Below, piece by piece: positions 1-12,336 of a DNA stretch of 64,000 bases. The notes below the pieces were generated by a model. That model made no database searches, was not told where the DNA came from, and was given only the letters and a program-made list of their open reading frames with translations. Position 1 is the stretch's first letter; each line of letters begins with the position of its first letter. The DNA is taken from assembly GCF_004010195.1 (NCBI RefSeq), contig NC_057718.1:39798579-39862578 (forward strand). The letters are read 5' to 3'. This DNA is from Chiloscyllium plagiosum (Eukaryota). The position numbers and the translations under genes were made by a program.

Positions 1-244
1 ATGGAAAAGGAAGGGGGGGGGGTGGTTTAGAGAATCAAGAGACAGAGAATGATCATGGTGGGGGGTTTGTCCTGAAGCTGCTCTTATTTGATAAGAAAGA
101 TTTTCACAAGAACTCAAGCTTCATGTCTCTATTAATCTTACTCTTCTATTCATTTCTACTCTGTGCTCATCACTTTTTCTCCACTCTTTTGTCTTTTTGA
201 CAGAGGCCCAACGCAAAGTATAAAAAATATTCCAACACTTTTTC

Positions 245-915
245 ATCAGTAAAGTGACGGAGGGGTAATCAACAGTGCTATCAAGCAGCACCTGTTCAGC
301 AATAACCTGCTCAGTGACTCCCAGTTTAGGTTCCGCCAGGGTCACTCAGCTCCTGACCTCATTATGGCCTTGGTTCAAAACATGGACAAAAAGAGCTGAA
401 TTCAAGAGGTGAGAGTGACAGCGACATCCCTTGAGATCAAAGCTGCGTTTGACTGAGTGTGGCATCAAGGAGCCCTAACAAAACTGGAATCAATGGGTAT
501 TAGGGGACAAACTCTCCGGTGACTGGAATCATACCTAACACACAGCAAGATGGTCTTGGTTGTTGTCATCTCAGCTCCTGGACATCTTGGCAAGAGTTTC
601 TCAGGGTGGCTTCCTAAGCTCACCACCTTCAACTGCTTCATTAATGACCTTCCCTCCATAAAGGTCAGTAGTGGGAATGTCCATAATGTTCAGTGCCATT
701 CGCAATTCCTCAGATACTGAAACAATTCATGTACAAATGCAACAAGATCTGGACAACATCCAGGTTTGGGCCGAAAAGTGGCAAACAACATTCAGCCTTC
801 AAAAATGCCTGACAATGACCATCTTCAATAAGAGACATCTAACCACCTCCTCTGTCATTTAATTGTGTTGCTATCATTGAATCATCCACTAACAACACTC
901 TGGGGGTTACCATTA
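245..915 (+). mobile_element. Decayed CR1/L2-group LINE (family 2), RT region; 5' part of an interrupted copy
   Basis: Frameshifted translation resembles non-LTR RT (INSAIKQHL..NNLLSDSQF.FRQGHSAPDLI..LV; IKAAFD.VWHQGAL.KLESMGI.G; MQQDLDNIQVWAEKWQ). Same family as 19320-20795 and 63480-64000. Confidence 0.8.
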
Positions 916-1260
916 CAGTGATACAGAATAGAAACATATTCTTCGGTCCAACTCATCCATGCCAAGCAGGTTCCCCAAACTAAACTAGTCCCACTCACCT
1001 GTGTTTGACCCACATCCCTCTAACCTTTCCTATTCATGCACCTGTCCAAATGTCTTTTAAGTATTGCAGCTGTATCTGCACTTACCAGTTCATCTGGCAA
1101 TTCGCTCACCACCCTCTGTGTGAAAAGGTTGATCCTCAGGTCCCTTTTAAATATTTCCCCTCTCACCTTAAACATATGCCTTCTTGTTTGGACTCCCCTA
1201 CCCTAGGGGAAATACCTTGGCTATTCACCTTATCCATGCCTCTAATGATTTTATAAACCT

Positions 1261-1854
1261 GGATGTAGGTTTGTTCACTGAGGTGGAAAGTTCATTTTCA
1301 GAAGTTTCATCAACATACAAGGTTACATCTTCAGTGAGCCGCCAGACGAATCACTGCTGATGATTCCTTCTTTCTATTTATATGTTTGGGTTTCTTTGGG
1401 CTGGTGATGTAATTTCCTGATCTTTTTCTCAGGGAGTGGTAAATGGGATCCAAGTCAATGTGTTTGTTGAAAGAGTTTCGGTTGGAATGCCATGCTTCTA
1501 GGAGTTCTGATGCATCTTTCTGTTTGGCTTGACTTAGGATAGATATGTTGTCCCAGTCAAAGTGGTGTCCTTCCTTACCTGTCTGTAAGGATACTAGTGA
1601 GAGAGGGTCATGTCGTTTTGTAGCTAGTTGGTGTTCATGTATCTTGGTGGCTAGTTTTCTGCCTGTTTGTCCAATGTAGTGTTTGTTACAGTTCTTGCAC
1701 GGTATTTTGTAAATTAGTTTTGCTTGTTGTCTGTATACGGTTTTTCAAGTTCATTAGTTGCTGTTTTAGTATATTAGTGGGCGACCATGATTCCAGCAAG
1801 CAAACCCACATCCAGAACCTCAATCCGAGCTATAAATTTTCTCAAAACTTGCTA
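1261..1854 (-). mobile_element. Penelope-like element (family C), GIY-YIG end plus terminal repeat, with a short inverted end
   Basis: Minus-strand translation YKIPCKNCNKHYIGQTGRKLATKIHEHQLATKRHD is GIY-YIG-like. 13-bp TSD attttataaacct at 1248-1260 and 1855-1867. 1796-1853 is terminal sequence in opposite orientation. Confidence 0.85.
1298..1337 (-). ncRNA. Degenerate minimal hammerhead ribozyme motif (PLE family C)
   Basis: Minus strand: UCA CUGAAGA U GUAAC..GUUGAU GAA ACUU C UGA. Helix I UCA/UGA; the helix III palindrome is mutated (ACUU). Confidence 0.55.
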
Positions 1855-2234
1855 ATTTTATAAACCTCTACAAGGTCACCTCTCAACTTCCAATGCTCCA
1901 AAGTAAACTGTCCCAGCTTATCCAGCCTCTCCTTACAACTCAAATCTTCGAGTCAGGTAACATCCTTGAACCCTTTTCTGTATCCTTTCCAGTTTAATAA
2001 CGTCCTTCCTATGAGCAGAAACTTAACTGATCCTGCCATATATATATGGCTACAAGAGCAGGTCAGAGGCTAAGAATGCTGCAGCAAATACTTCACATTC
2101 TGACTCCCCAAACCTTGTCCACCATTCACGAGGCACAAGTCAGGAGTGTGATGAATATTCCCCACTTATCTGCATGGGTGCAACTCAAACACACTCATGA
2201 ATGTTAACACCATCAGGACAAAGCAGCCTACTTG

Positions 2235-2354
2235 GAAAAAAAAATTGTTAATCACCCTGTTCAGACATGTTATTACACATTTCTGGTGCAGGTGGGACCT
2301 GAACCCAGGTCACCTGGCTCAGTGCAGGGTCACTACCACTGTGCTACAAGAATA
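2235..2354 (-). mobile_element. Short (~120 bp) tRNA-derived SINE
   Basis: Minus strand has an A box (tagcacagtgg) and a B-box-like gggttcaggtccc; 8-bp TSD cctacttg at 2227-2234 and 2355-2362. Confidence 0.65.
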
Positions 2355-2431
2355 CCTACTTGATTGGCACCACATCTACAAGCATCCCCTCCCTCTTCCA
2401 CTGATGCTCCTTGGTTTCAGTGTACCTAGTG

Positions 2432-2479
2432 ATATACTGCAGACATTCACCACTAATATACTGCAGACATTCACCACTA
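2432..2479. repeat. Perfect 24-bp tandem duplication
   Basis: atatactgcagacattcaccacta x2. Confidence 0.9.
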
Positions 2480-2809
2480 ATTCTTAGACGGCATCTTCCA
2501 AACTCATGATCAGTTCCATCGAGAAGGACGAGGGCAGCAGATAGATGGGAACACCAGCTGCAAGTTCCCCTTCAAGCCATTCACCATCTTGATCTGAAAA
2601 TATATCACCATTCCTTCAATGCTGCTGGGCAAAAATCCTGGAATTTCCTCCCTCATGGCATTGTGGGTCTACCTCCAGCATATGGACTGCAGTAGTCAAG
2701 GCTGTAGCTCACCATCACCTTCTCAAGGGCAACTAAGGACTGACAATAGATGCTAGCCCAGTCAGCGATGCCCACGTTGCACAGTGAATAAAATAAATTC
2801 AGGCTGAAT

Positions 2810-4160
2810 GAAGGTTCCTCAAATGCCAGTTTTGGGACCTGCTTTTCCTGATTTATATATGCAGGAATTCAAAAGGACATTGACAACTTGGTGAAGTGGA
2901 GGGTTAGGTGCCAGATGAAATTCAATATGGTTAAGTACAAGGTAATGCACTTTAGGAGAAGTAACATGGTGAGACAGTATAAAATGTAAGATAGTGCTCT
3001 TAATGATATACAGGAGCAGAGAGACCTGAGAGTTTAAGTATCTAAGTATTTAAAGATGGCAGGATAAGTAGAGGGCACTGTTTATAACACATACAGTATT
3101 GTAGGTTTCATTAACAGGGGAATATAGTACAAGCTCAGGGAGGTTATGATGAACTTATATCAAACACTGATTAGGCCTTAGCTGGAGTATTATGTACAGT
3201 CACAGTGCCACAGAGTCATAGAGAAGTTCAGCATGGACACAGACTCTTCGGTCCAAATCATCCATGCCAATCAGATATCCTAAATTAATCTAGTCCCATT
3301 TACCAGCACTTGGTCCATGTCTTCTAAACCCTTCCTATTCATGTACCTATCCAGATGCCTTTTAAATGTTGTAACTGTACCTTCCACCACTTCCTTTGTC
3401 AGCCCATTCCATACAAGCATCACCTTCTGCGTGAAAATGTTACCTCTCAGGTCCCTTTTAAATCTTTCCCCTTGCACCCAAATCTATGCCCTCTAGCTCT
3501 GGACTCCCCCATCCCAGGGAAAAGACCTTGTCTATATACCCTGTTCATGCCCCTCATAATTTTATGAACTGCTATAAAGTCAGCCTATAGCCTCTGACGC
3601 TCCAGGGAAAACAGCCCCAGCCTATTCAGTCACTCCCTATAGCTCAAACCCTCCAACCCTGGCAACATTCTTGTAAATCTTTTCTGAACTCTGTCAAGTT
3701 TGATAGGAAGGTTGTGAATATACTGCAGAAAGTTCAGAAGAGGTTCACAAAATAGTTCCAGAGATGAGGACCATCAGTTGAGGATAGATCAGAGCTCTGT
3801 TCCTTGGACAGGAGAAAGCCGAGGGGAAATTGTGAGGACTCTCGGCAGAGCAGATGGGGAGAAACAGCTCTTGTTCGGACAAAGATTGTGAACCAAAGGG
3901 CACATCATTCAAGTGTTTTGTAAAAAGAAGCAAACTGTGAAGCAGGGAAAAAAAAACTTTTTCAGACAGCCCGTGGTTTCACTGCCTGGGAATGTGATGG
4001 AGGCAATTTCAGTTGAGACTTTCTGGAGGGCAATTGATGATTATTTAAATCAAAACAAAGTGCAGGGTTAAAGGGGAAAGGGCAGTAGATTGGCACTAAG
4101 TCAGAATCATCAGTGCCAGTACAGACAGGAAAGGCACAATGGCAGCCTTCAGGGATTCTG
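2810..4160 (+). mobile_element. Old CR1 LINE 3' fragment, interrupted at 3211-3701
   Basis: Decayed CR1 motifs (WQMKFN..K.KVMHFRR; LYQTLIRP.LEYYVQ; KVQKRFTK.VP). Confidence 0.7.
3211..3701 (-). mobile_element. HER1-like CR1 3' end
   Basis: ORF 3280-3477 (GERFKRDLRGNIFTQKV..VWNGL...FKRHLDRYM); tail seen as agagtcatagag on the + strand. Confidence 0.9.
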
Positions 4161-4429
4161 AGATTCCAGTTGCTTGATTAAGAATACAAAAACTCTAACT
4201 TACATTTTTAGTATTATAAAGTCACCAACAACCAGTTTATTTTACAGTAGCATTACAACAATCATTCTCCTTATAAACTGGTGTACTTTCAGATGAATAC
4301 TCAAATACCTCCTACTTTGTATCTCATTGGGACGCCATTAAAGTCCCATAGGCCTCCTGTCTCTCAGCATTTATCCACTTTTTGGAAGCTTCACTTACTA
4401 ATAAAAATCTTCACTGGCTGTCTCTCTTT

Positions 4430-4610
4430 GCAACACAGTGATGTCAAGAGTATGGGTTTAGTTCCATACTGGGCGAGATTCCATCTTCTCAACTTTGATC
4501 CCTGCCTGAGGCATGATAACCCTCAGGTTGACCTCACCACCACTTGTCTCTCTCTGATGAGAGCGCAGATCTATGGTCCTCTGGGGCTGCGGCAACTTTA
4601 TCTTTTATTA
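4430..4610 (+). mobile_element. Body of an old tRNA-derived SINE (core cctgaggc..accctcaggtt..caccacca; possibly MetaSINE-type)
   Basis: Related sequence at 45735-45920 (-) and a head-only copy at 14820-14940. Confidence 0.55.
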
Positions 4611-5727
4611 CCATGTATCATCTTGGAGGCTATTCAAAATTGATAGCCTTATCTCCTAATAAGCTACAAAGAATTACAGACAGCAAACCTGGATTACATC
4701 AAACACATATTTCCTCAGCGAACTCATTATGCATCAATCATTTCGCGAGAATAACAAATGCCAACCAGTACAAGTAGAAGAACGTCTTGGGTTACCGAGG
4801 TACAATAGTTAAGCATACAGTGCTAACAGGGGAACATTCAGAAAAGTAGTGAAGAAATGGATATCTGGGAGCAGACTGACAAGTTTCATACAAGAGAAGA
4901 ATGAATCTCACCCCATAATCTCAACCTAGAAACTACATTGTTGTTTACAGTGGAGAAAAACAGCTATTGAATGACAAACACAATTGGGATTTTGACTTTT
5001 AAAAAATTATTCCAATTAAAAGGATTTAAGTTGCAAATAGTTGGTTCATATGAGAGGATTAAATTTTGAGAGGCGCATCATGATCTATTGCCACAATTCA
5101 CTTATAACAGGAAAAGTCCCACCATCAAGATTCCTTGCATTTTTACAAATGATTGATGTGTGTGTCATACGCCTGGTGCAACATTCCACTGCAGTTATCA
5201 TGCAATCATATTCCATGCCAAATTTAATCTAGCTCCTGGGATAAGATCAAAATAATTTGCCAAATATATACCATTGAAAGACCAGCTACAGTGTTTATGT
5301 CAAATGTATTCATTTTAACAGGCACATTTTGTTTTACTAATTATTAGAGAAGCAAGATGTTGGAATTCCCCCATTACATAACCACTAATTTCAGAATACT
5401 GCCTTTTGCAAAGTGTAGTTTTGACAGAGCTCTTCACGAAACACAACATACTTTTACTGATCACAACTGTATATTTCAGTTTCCTCAATTCTATCACTTT
5501 GCACTATCCAAACAGTCTTCATTCAGGTAACTTTAAGCTAATGTAGAATATGTTGAAGTAACATTATGATCATTGAATGTTTAATAACTGAAAGAAAATC
5601 ACCAAAATGCATGAAATTTTTCATCGGACATGCAGAATTGAAAATTAATCTCACTTTCTCCCTTCACAATAGCATTACACTTCACAACGTTAGCAGTGTT
5701 GTAATGACAGCTAGCTATGGCAAACAT

Positions 5728-6579
5728 AGCTAAGTTCGGTACCCATAGGGAGGGCCTCAACCGGGACCTTGGGTTATTGTCACATTACAGGTGACCACCA
5801 TTGCATTATACACACACACACAGACACTCCTACATGCACACAGACACACACACACAGGCATCCTCTCAGAGACTTAGACCACTCTACATTCATGCACACA
5901 CATACGCACTCTCTCTCACAGGCACTCACAACCCCCCACCCCAGACACGCGCACACACTCCCATACGCACCCCCTCACAGACTTAAGACACTCTACACTC
6001 ACTACACACACATATACACCCTCTCTCACACTCACAACCCCCAACCCAGACAGACAGACAAAGACCCACATGCACACACATATTTTGTGGGGTGAATTTG
6101 TACTTGCAGAGTTACATTGTACTTTGCTCAAAAACTGCATGAATTCATGTAAAACTCTGTTATCTCACTTTATAGATTAGAATCAATCTAAACATCATGG
6201 CATAGGCAGAGAACACAGAGTGCTAACACCTTCAACATATTGTCTAGCTGTCACCATTGTTACAGCTAACCTGAGAATGCAACTTTTAAAAAAAGGTTTT
6301 GTGATTTACACATGAAAGAAGTGAAACCATCATGGTATTCGAACAGATGAAAGACTCAATAGACAATCAAGGTATTTTTCAATTTATAATTTCAGTTACA
6401 TCACACGGTAAATTTTTTCTATAAATTCTGTGCCTTAGAATTGTGTCCTCCACTATCACTTGATGAAGGAGCAGCGCTCCGAAAGCTAGTGTGCTTCCAA
6501 TTTAACCTGTTGGACTATAACCTGGTGTCGTGTGATTTTTAACTTTGTACACCCCAGTCCAACACTGGCATCTCCAAAT
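5728..6579 (+). mobile_element. Penelope-like element (family B), 5'-truncated, with CA-rich 3' region
   Basis: Starts at the ORF end (AKFGTHREGLNRDLG); carries a hammerhead-type terminal motif; 12-bp TSD tatggcaaacat at 5716-5727 and 6580-6591. Confidence 0.8.
6457..6491 (+). ncRNA. Minimal hammerhead motif (family B), core C3 mutated to U
   Basis: CAC uUGAUGA A GGAGC agc GCUCC GAA AGCU A GUG. Confidence 0.65.
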
Positions 6580-6866
6580 TATGGCAAACATGATGGATAT
6601 TGTTGGTTTGTGCACAGGGAAAGATAACATCCATACAATTAAATTGGTTTTCAGAATTTTAAAAAGACGTTTCGAACAATACTAGCCTTTGGCAGCGAGG
6701 TGGCCTCAAGATTCATCAAGATATCTATACAAATGATATCTATACAAAATTAACTATAGTCTAAATACAAATTGTCTTCTGTTTAGCAAAATAATCTATT
6801 ATTGAAACCAACCAAAGCTACTCTGCCACAATCAGAATTTGATCTCAAGAGCTGCCCTTTGTTTCT

Positions 6867-6947
6867 TCATATTGGTCTTGTTTCTGTAGGTTTTCTTTTC
6901 TTTACGCTGCTGAGCAGAACACCACATTCAAGCAAGGCATCCCACTT
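6867..6947 (-). other. Candidate terminal exon of an unidentified minus-strand gene (segment up to the most distal stop)
   Basis: Strong acceptor tttctgttgtattcttacag|; all three frames stop within 81 nt; preceded by an 87-nt GT-AG intron candidate at 6948-7034. Confidence 0.35.
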
Positions 6948-7034
6948 CTGTAAGAATACAACAGAAACCAATCTCATGTGGTTTGGCCAATTGATCAGAT
7001 TAGCAGCCAGTTGTGAAGTCACACTAATGGTTAC

Positions 7035-7047
7035 CTTGGAGATTCTC
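7035..7047 (-). other. Candidate 13-nt microexon
   Basis: ...tctgctccaactgctaag|GAGAATCTCCAAG|gtaacc, with about 78 nt free of AG upstream and two UGC motifs next to the acceptor. Confidence 0.3.
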
Positions 7048-8557
7048 CTTAGCAGTTGGAGCAGAATAAATTGTATTGTGTAAAAGGGTGTAGGGAGAAA
7101 GTATATGAAATTTAGCAATTGAATGTACTTTTATATGTGCCTTAAATTCTTCAAGAACTAGGATTACCCAAAAGTAATTGGAATTTAATTGCATCTTGCA
7201 ATGACATTGTAAAGATTCTAAAGTATTAATTGCATAGGCAGCAAGGCATGAAATCTCGGCAAACCAACCAGACTCTTCTGACCCCAGCTGACTTTAAAAA
7301 AAAAGCTATCAACAAGACAAGCAAAGTCAAATGATAGGCTTTTCTGGTTGTAGAAATCAATCTGTGCAGTCAGGATGAACAGGACTATAAAACATAATGG
7401 CTGTTCCTGTATGTTGCCTTACTTTTCTGCTACTAACAACAGTACTGGAGCAGTAGACTAAGAAATGCATAAGGCCATTTTATTTCGGTGTTCAATGTCA
7501 ACGCTAGCACGGTTCATCGCCTCAATCAAGGTAACTACATCTGTTACTGCTGAAAATGCACTTCTGGTAATCACTAACACTGGCTGCTGACCGAACTGAT
7601 CTCGTCCCCCAACAATTGAGTAAAGAGGTTGCACAAGATGCCTTCCCCCTGTTCATGTAAACCAATGTGGTGGTGTAGCTAGCTCAACTGGATGCAGATG
7701 TCTTTTAAATTTCTCTGATCATGATAAATTTATTTAAGAACCTGCAGGTCAACAAGTGCCTTAATTCTGAGTGTCCTTATTTTTTTCAGCCTAGATGAAT
7801 TCTTCAACATATGGATCCATCATACTGAATTCATGTTGATTTTTAAACAGATTTAAAACTGAAGAGCAGTACAGAAATAATGTTGAGGTGCAAATGGTAT
7901 CATGGAACTGTTAGTGCATTTGTTGGGACTGTGGTGACTGGACAGAATTGGTTGCTGATCAATAGAGTTCTAATGAACAATTTTTCAGTATCCATTTTGT
8001 CATATTCTTCAGCATATACACAGCTGTCTACATTCAATTACACAATACTTAGCTTAAATCAAATCAGTAGTGACCTGGTACTTGTATTTTAAAAGTACAA
8101 CCTGCAAAAGATTTAAAGGAAGCTTGTATCTAGCTGCAAAAAATGGATGTATTGATCTCAATTGTTTTTTAAAATTGAAGAACTGGTTTTTGGTCATGAC
8201 TTTCAAATTTCAACTTTTCAAGTATTCCTAATAAAAACATATTTACTCTCTCCTTAAGCTTATGCAGGATTTCCAAACTGAGAGTGCGAACCCAATATGT
8301 GATCAAGGATTAACAACTGGCTTTCAAACTCTCCCCTTCCCCAAAGGCAACAGTCACCACGACAGAGTTGGAACAAGACCTTAATAGAACTCTTGCAATG
8401 GGTCACTTCATAAAATCAACTCACTCAAAATAGATGTACGGAGGAATATTCTCAAGGCTCAGGAGACGGAAGACAAGTGGGAAGGAAGTGTCAAGTAGGA
8501 GATCTGGAGAGTTGGGAAGGGAAGCAGTGAGGAGGAGGTAAACTGAAAAAGCTAGAT

Positions 8558-9301
8558 AGAGTCATAGAGATGTACAGCATGGAAACAGACCCTTCGGTCC
8601 AACCCGTATCCCAGCCCAATCTAGTCCCACCTGCCAGCACCTGGCCCATATCCCTCCAAACCCTTCCTATTCATATACCCATCCAAATGCCTCTTAAATG
8701 TTACAATTGTACCAGCGTCCACCACTTCCTCTGACAGCTCATTCCATACACGTACCACTCTCTGTGTGAAAAAGTTGCCCTTTGTCTCTTCTATATCTTT
8801 CCCCTCTCACCCTAAAACTATACCCTCTAGTTCTGGACTCCCCGATCCCAGGGAAAAGACTTTGCCTATTTATCCTATCCATGCACCTCATAATTTTGTA
8901 AACCTCTATCAGGTCACCCCTCAGCCTCCGGTGCTCCAGGGAAAACAGCCCCAGCCTGTTCAGCCTCTCCCTACAGCTCAAATTCCCAACCCTGGCAACA
9001 TCCTTGTAAATCTTTTCTGAACCCTTTCAAGTTTCACAACATCTTTCTGATAGGAAGGAGACCAGAATTGCATGCAATATTCCAACAGTGGCCTAACTAA
9101 TGTCTTGTACAGCTGCAACATGACCTCCCAAGTTCTGTACTCAATACACTGATCAATAAAGAAAAGCATACCAAATGCCTTCTTCACTATCCTATCTATC
9201 TGCAACTCCTCTTTCAAGGAGCTATGAACCTGCACTCCAAGGTCTTTTTGTTCAGCAACGCTCCCTAGGACCTTACCATTAGGTGTATAAGTCCTGCTAA
9301 G
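8558..9301 (-). mobile_element. HER1-like CR1 3' fragment
   Basis: ORFs 8978-9235 and 8739-8981 (LYKTLVRPLLEYCMQFWSP; ERLNRLGLFSLEHRRLRGDLIEVYKIM). Confidence 0.95.
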
Positions 9302-11029
9302 AAGATGATGAGGATTTTTGAGTTGGTCTTCAAATGCATAAACTTACAAGTCAGGAATGTAACCCACCCATTATTACATGCTTTGTTTTGGGAAAGTGAC
9401 TTTCATTGCACATCTAGTATTTTGTATTTTAGGAATACATTAGGAGTGCTACTTGATATATATCGAAGCTTAGTTGGATCACCCTTGTCATACTGCATAC
9501 AAATATGCTTCGCTTTCATAATCAATATCTGCATTTAAGTCCCAAAATATCTTTCAGAATAATTGCATCATAAAGAATCTATAGCTATCTTTTAAAATTC
9601 AATACATGGCCAAATTAAAACTTTCAAACATCCCAAGTGGCTCTCACTATCTTCTGGTGCATACCATTAGTTTGATTGATTCCTGTGACTTGGGATCAGG
9701 CGGGTATTATTGTATGTATTGTTCTAGAAGTTTTAAGGAGGAAGAGTGAGATTGTCACAGAATCATGCTATCAGCTTTGTTGCCAAATAAGGGAGAGACT
9801 TCATTGTCACAGAGAAAGTGAAGGAATTCTGCATTGCTGGCGATGAATCCAGACAAAGTTTAGAGCAGCAAACCCTCCCATGCCCTGCTCTCACATCTCT
9901 CTTCCCCTCCTCAGCACCCTGCTCTCCCTGAATCACCAACTCTCAAATCTCTCTGTCCCAGCTCCCCCAATTCTCACAACTCTCCCCCACCAATCCTTCA
10001 CCCTCTCATTGATGCCACAGCAATTGAACAATATTGAAATTGAGTCACTGTGAAGCACAAATGAAAGTTTCCAGCACCAGATTTGCAAGCATACAGCCGG
10101 CATGGCTGTGCTGAATATTTTTTCTAATGCCCTGAAGAGAATTTTAGCTTCCAGTAAGCAATGTGAGAAAGTATTAACACAAATACCTATTGCACACTTG
10201 GTGCCATTGGACTCATTGAAATATTGCAATGTAACTGAAGACAGACGAACACTAAACTTTCCCCAGTTGCTGAGTCCTTTAGCAGAAGAAACCTCCAGCG
10301 TATATTAATGTTTGAACACTCATCTTGGTCACCCTGATATCGTTATAGGTCCATTGGAAATTATTCAAATTCTTCAACCAGAGGACAGATAGCACTGTGG
10401 GTAAACATTTAGACAGATTAGGAAGGCTGGAGAAAAAAACTTCATGTTAAGTCAAAAATGAGAGAAAGGGGACCAACAGGGCAAATAACTGGGACATTTA
10501 ACTAGATACAAGCTCTAAATCATGACTTAGAAACCAATTCTGCTGCAGAGATACAGTGTCATTGCTATTACAAAGAAGGGATTTCAGTGCAGCTTGTCTG
10601 ACAGTAAATGTCATAGGTTAAGGAATGTAGAAGAATACAAGACTAATTCAGTCCAAGAAATTGGGCCTTTTAAAAAAAATTTCTTCTTAGAATTAGTAAA
10701 ATCAACTCATTCAAAATTAATACGCATAAGGCAAACTCAGCAGAGAAAGAGTTTTAATCTCTAGAAACTAACACAGACAGTCTTGGAAACACACAATTCT
10801 CTTGGCTCAGGCTTCCATTTCCACATCACTAAGTTGGTAAGAGCAGTTCCTTTCTGAACAATTACATAGATAAATGGGTATAAAGAATCAAAACTTCACT
10901 CAACTGGAATAGACTCGAGAGGGAGTTGACTGTTCTGATATCCTGAGTACCGGTCCTGTATTCATCAATTAGAAAAGATGATTGACATAGGGCACATTAA
11001 CAGTCCTAGATATTAAGTCCACATTGGGG

Positions 11030-11095
11030 TGAGTGTGTGTGTAAGTACGAGTGTGAGTGTTGTGTGTGTGTGCATGCAAATGCGTGCGTGTGTGG
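11030..11095. repeat. Imperfect (TG)n microsatellite
   Basis: gtgtgtgtgt...gcgtgtgtg, immediately intronic to the candidate donor at 11110. Confidence 0.85.
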
Positions 11096-11110
11096 GGGGC
11101 AGGTTCTTAC

Positions 11111-11184
11111 TTTGGGTGGCATTGTTCGACAGACAGCTGCTTTCTTCAGATGGACTTGGAAAGATGGAGCAAGAGCCAGGGAAG
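11111..11184 (-). other. Candidate 74-nt exon of an unidentified minus-strand gene
   Basis: tttgtgtaattttcaacag|CTTCCC...ATGCCACCCAAA|gtaaga. Two frames are open (FPGSCSIFPSPSEESSCLSNNATQ and SLALAPSFQVHLKKAAVCRTMPPK); sequence does not match any repeat in the window. Confidence 0.45.
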
Positions 11185-12336
11185 CTGTTGAAAATTACAC
11201 AAACTTAAGCCAACTGTCCCATCCTCTGAGATCAATGAACTGCCTTTTACTATCATGGCCTATAAACGTTCCTGTCTAATTAATGAATGCATCATATCTA
11301 AACTCCTCTTTAATAAATTTAAACCCTAACTGATGAAGAATCGTCTCCCTGTTTTAGCAATCAGTGGGCCCGGAATCCCAAACCTACAGGGTGTTTTGCC
11401 TCTAAATTTTGAAAGTTATGGAGTAGTGAGTCATGTAGCATACAAATATTGAGGTCTGAGAAACCTGTAGTAAAATTAAAGTGGTAACAATAGAACCTTA
11501 TTTTAATTTTTTATAGATGAGGAGAAGTAGATTAGATTATGTAGTAAAGGCAATGAATTTTTACAATGTGTACTGGATTGTTTTCTAGATCTAGAAACTC
11601 AACCAGTGTGTTTTGGCTCTGAGGTGGGCAGGCCATATTGAATTTAATGCTGTGTAATGAGCATAATTAGTTAACAATCTCATGATAAAAGTGCATCTTA
11701 CAAATAGTTTCATTACATTGTACTACGATCATTATGTTTTAAAAGGAAAAGGAAGAATTATAAATCGAGGTTTTACATTTAAGCAAGGCAATGTTTTGAA
11801 GGTAAACTGGGTTGAACAATTAGTGGGCTAAAGCTACAAACAATGTGAGGTATTCATTGAGGATTTGGCATGACACAAAACTAGTCCACACCCTAAAAGG
11901 CAACTGGCTTCACTTGTCTAGTTAAGCAACCACAGCCAACAAAAGAAGAAAGAGAGAATATCAATAAAAAAAGGTTAATATCGAGGGAAGGAAAAGGGGC
12001 CATCGAACAGTTGAAACAGCTATTGAAAGTAACAATGTTAGAAAGAATGTAATTAGGAACCAAAAGCAAACATGTAAAAATCTTCAAAGGACATAAAAAC
12101 TGAAAGCAGAAGTTTTTTGAATAGATAAATAAAGAGGAAGTGAGGCTTGTAATTGGAAATGTCAGTCCATTAAAGATTGATGCAGCATGTCAACCATGTG
12201 CGTGAAGAAAACAGCAGATTCAATAGATTAGTACTATTCTCATAACTGAAGAAGATGGCAAAACACAAGGATTAAAGCAGAAGTGAACCAAAATAAATAA
12301 GCAACTGTTATGATCCGGCTGATGTTATTACTGGAC

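Larger units (their letters stand above)
920..2010 (-). mobile_element. HER1-like CR1 LINE 3' fragment, split by a PLE insertion
   Basis: Matches the other CR1 3' ends in the window (cttcggtccaac...ctagtccca...cctattcat...aggtcacc); resumes at 1855 after the PLE. Confidence 0.8.
2015..2795 (+). mobile_element. CR1/L2-group LINE (family 2), 3' part and tail
   Basis: Collinear with 20230-20795 (tgactccccaaa...aaggcacaagtcagg...aatcctggaatt...gggcaac...). Confidence 0.8.

Noticed and set aside
5769..6140. His/Thr-rich and Val/Cys-rich ORFs
   Set aside because: Translations of the CA-rich low-complexity tract inside a PLE.
6720..6750. Short tandem duplication gatatctatacaaa
   Set aside because: Ordinary slippage duplication with no further structure.
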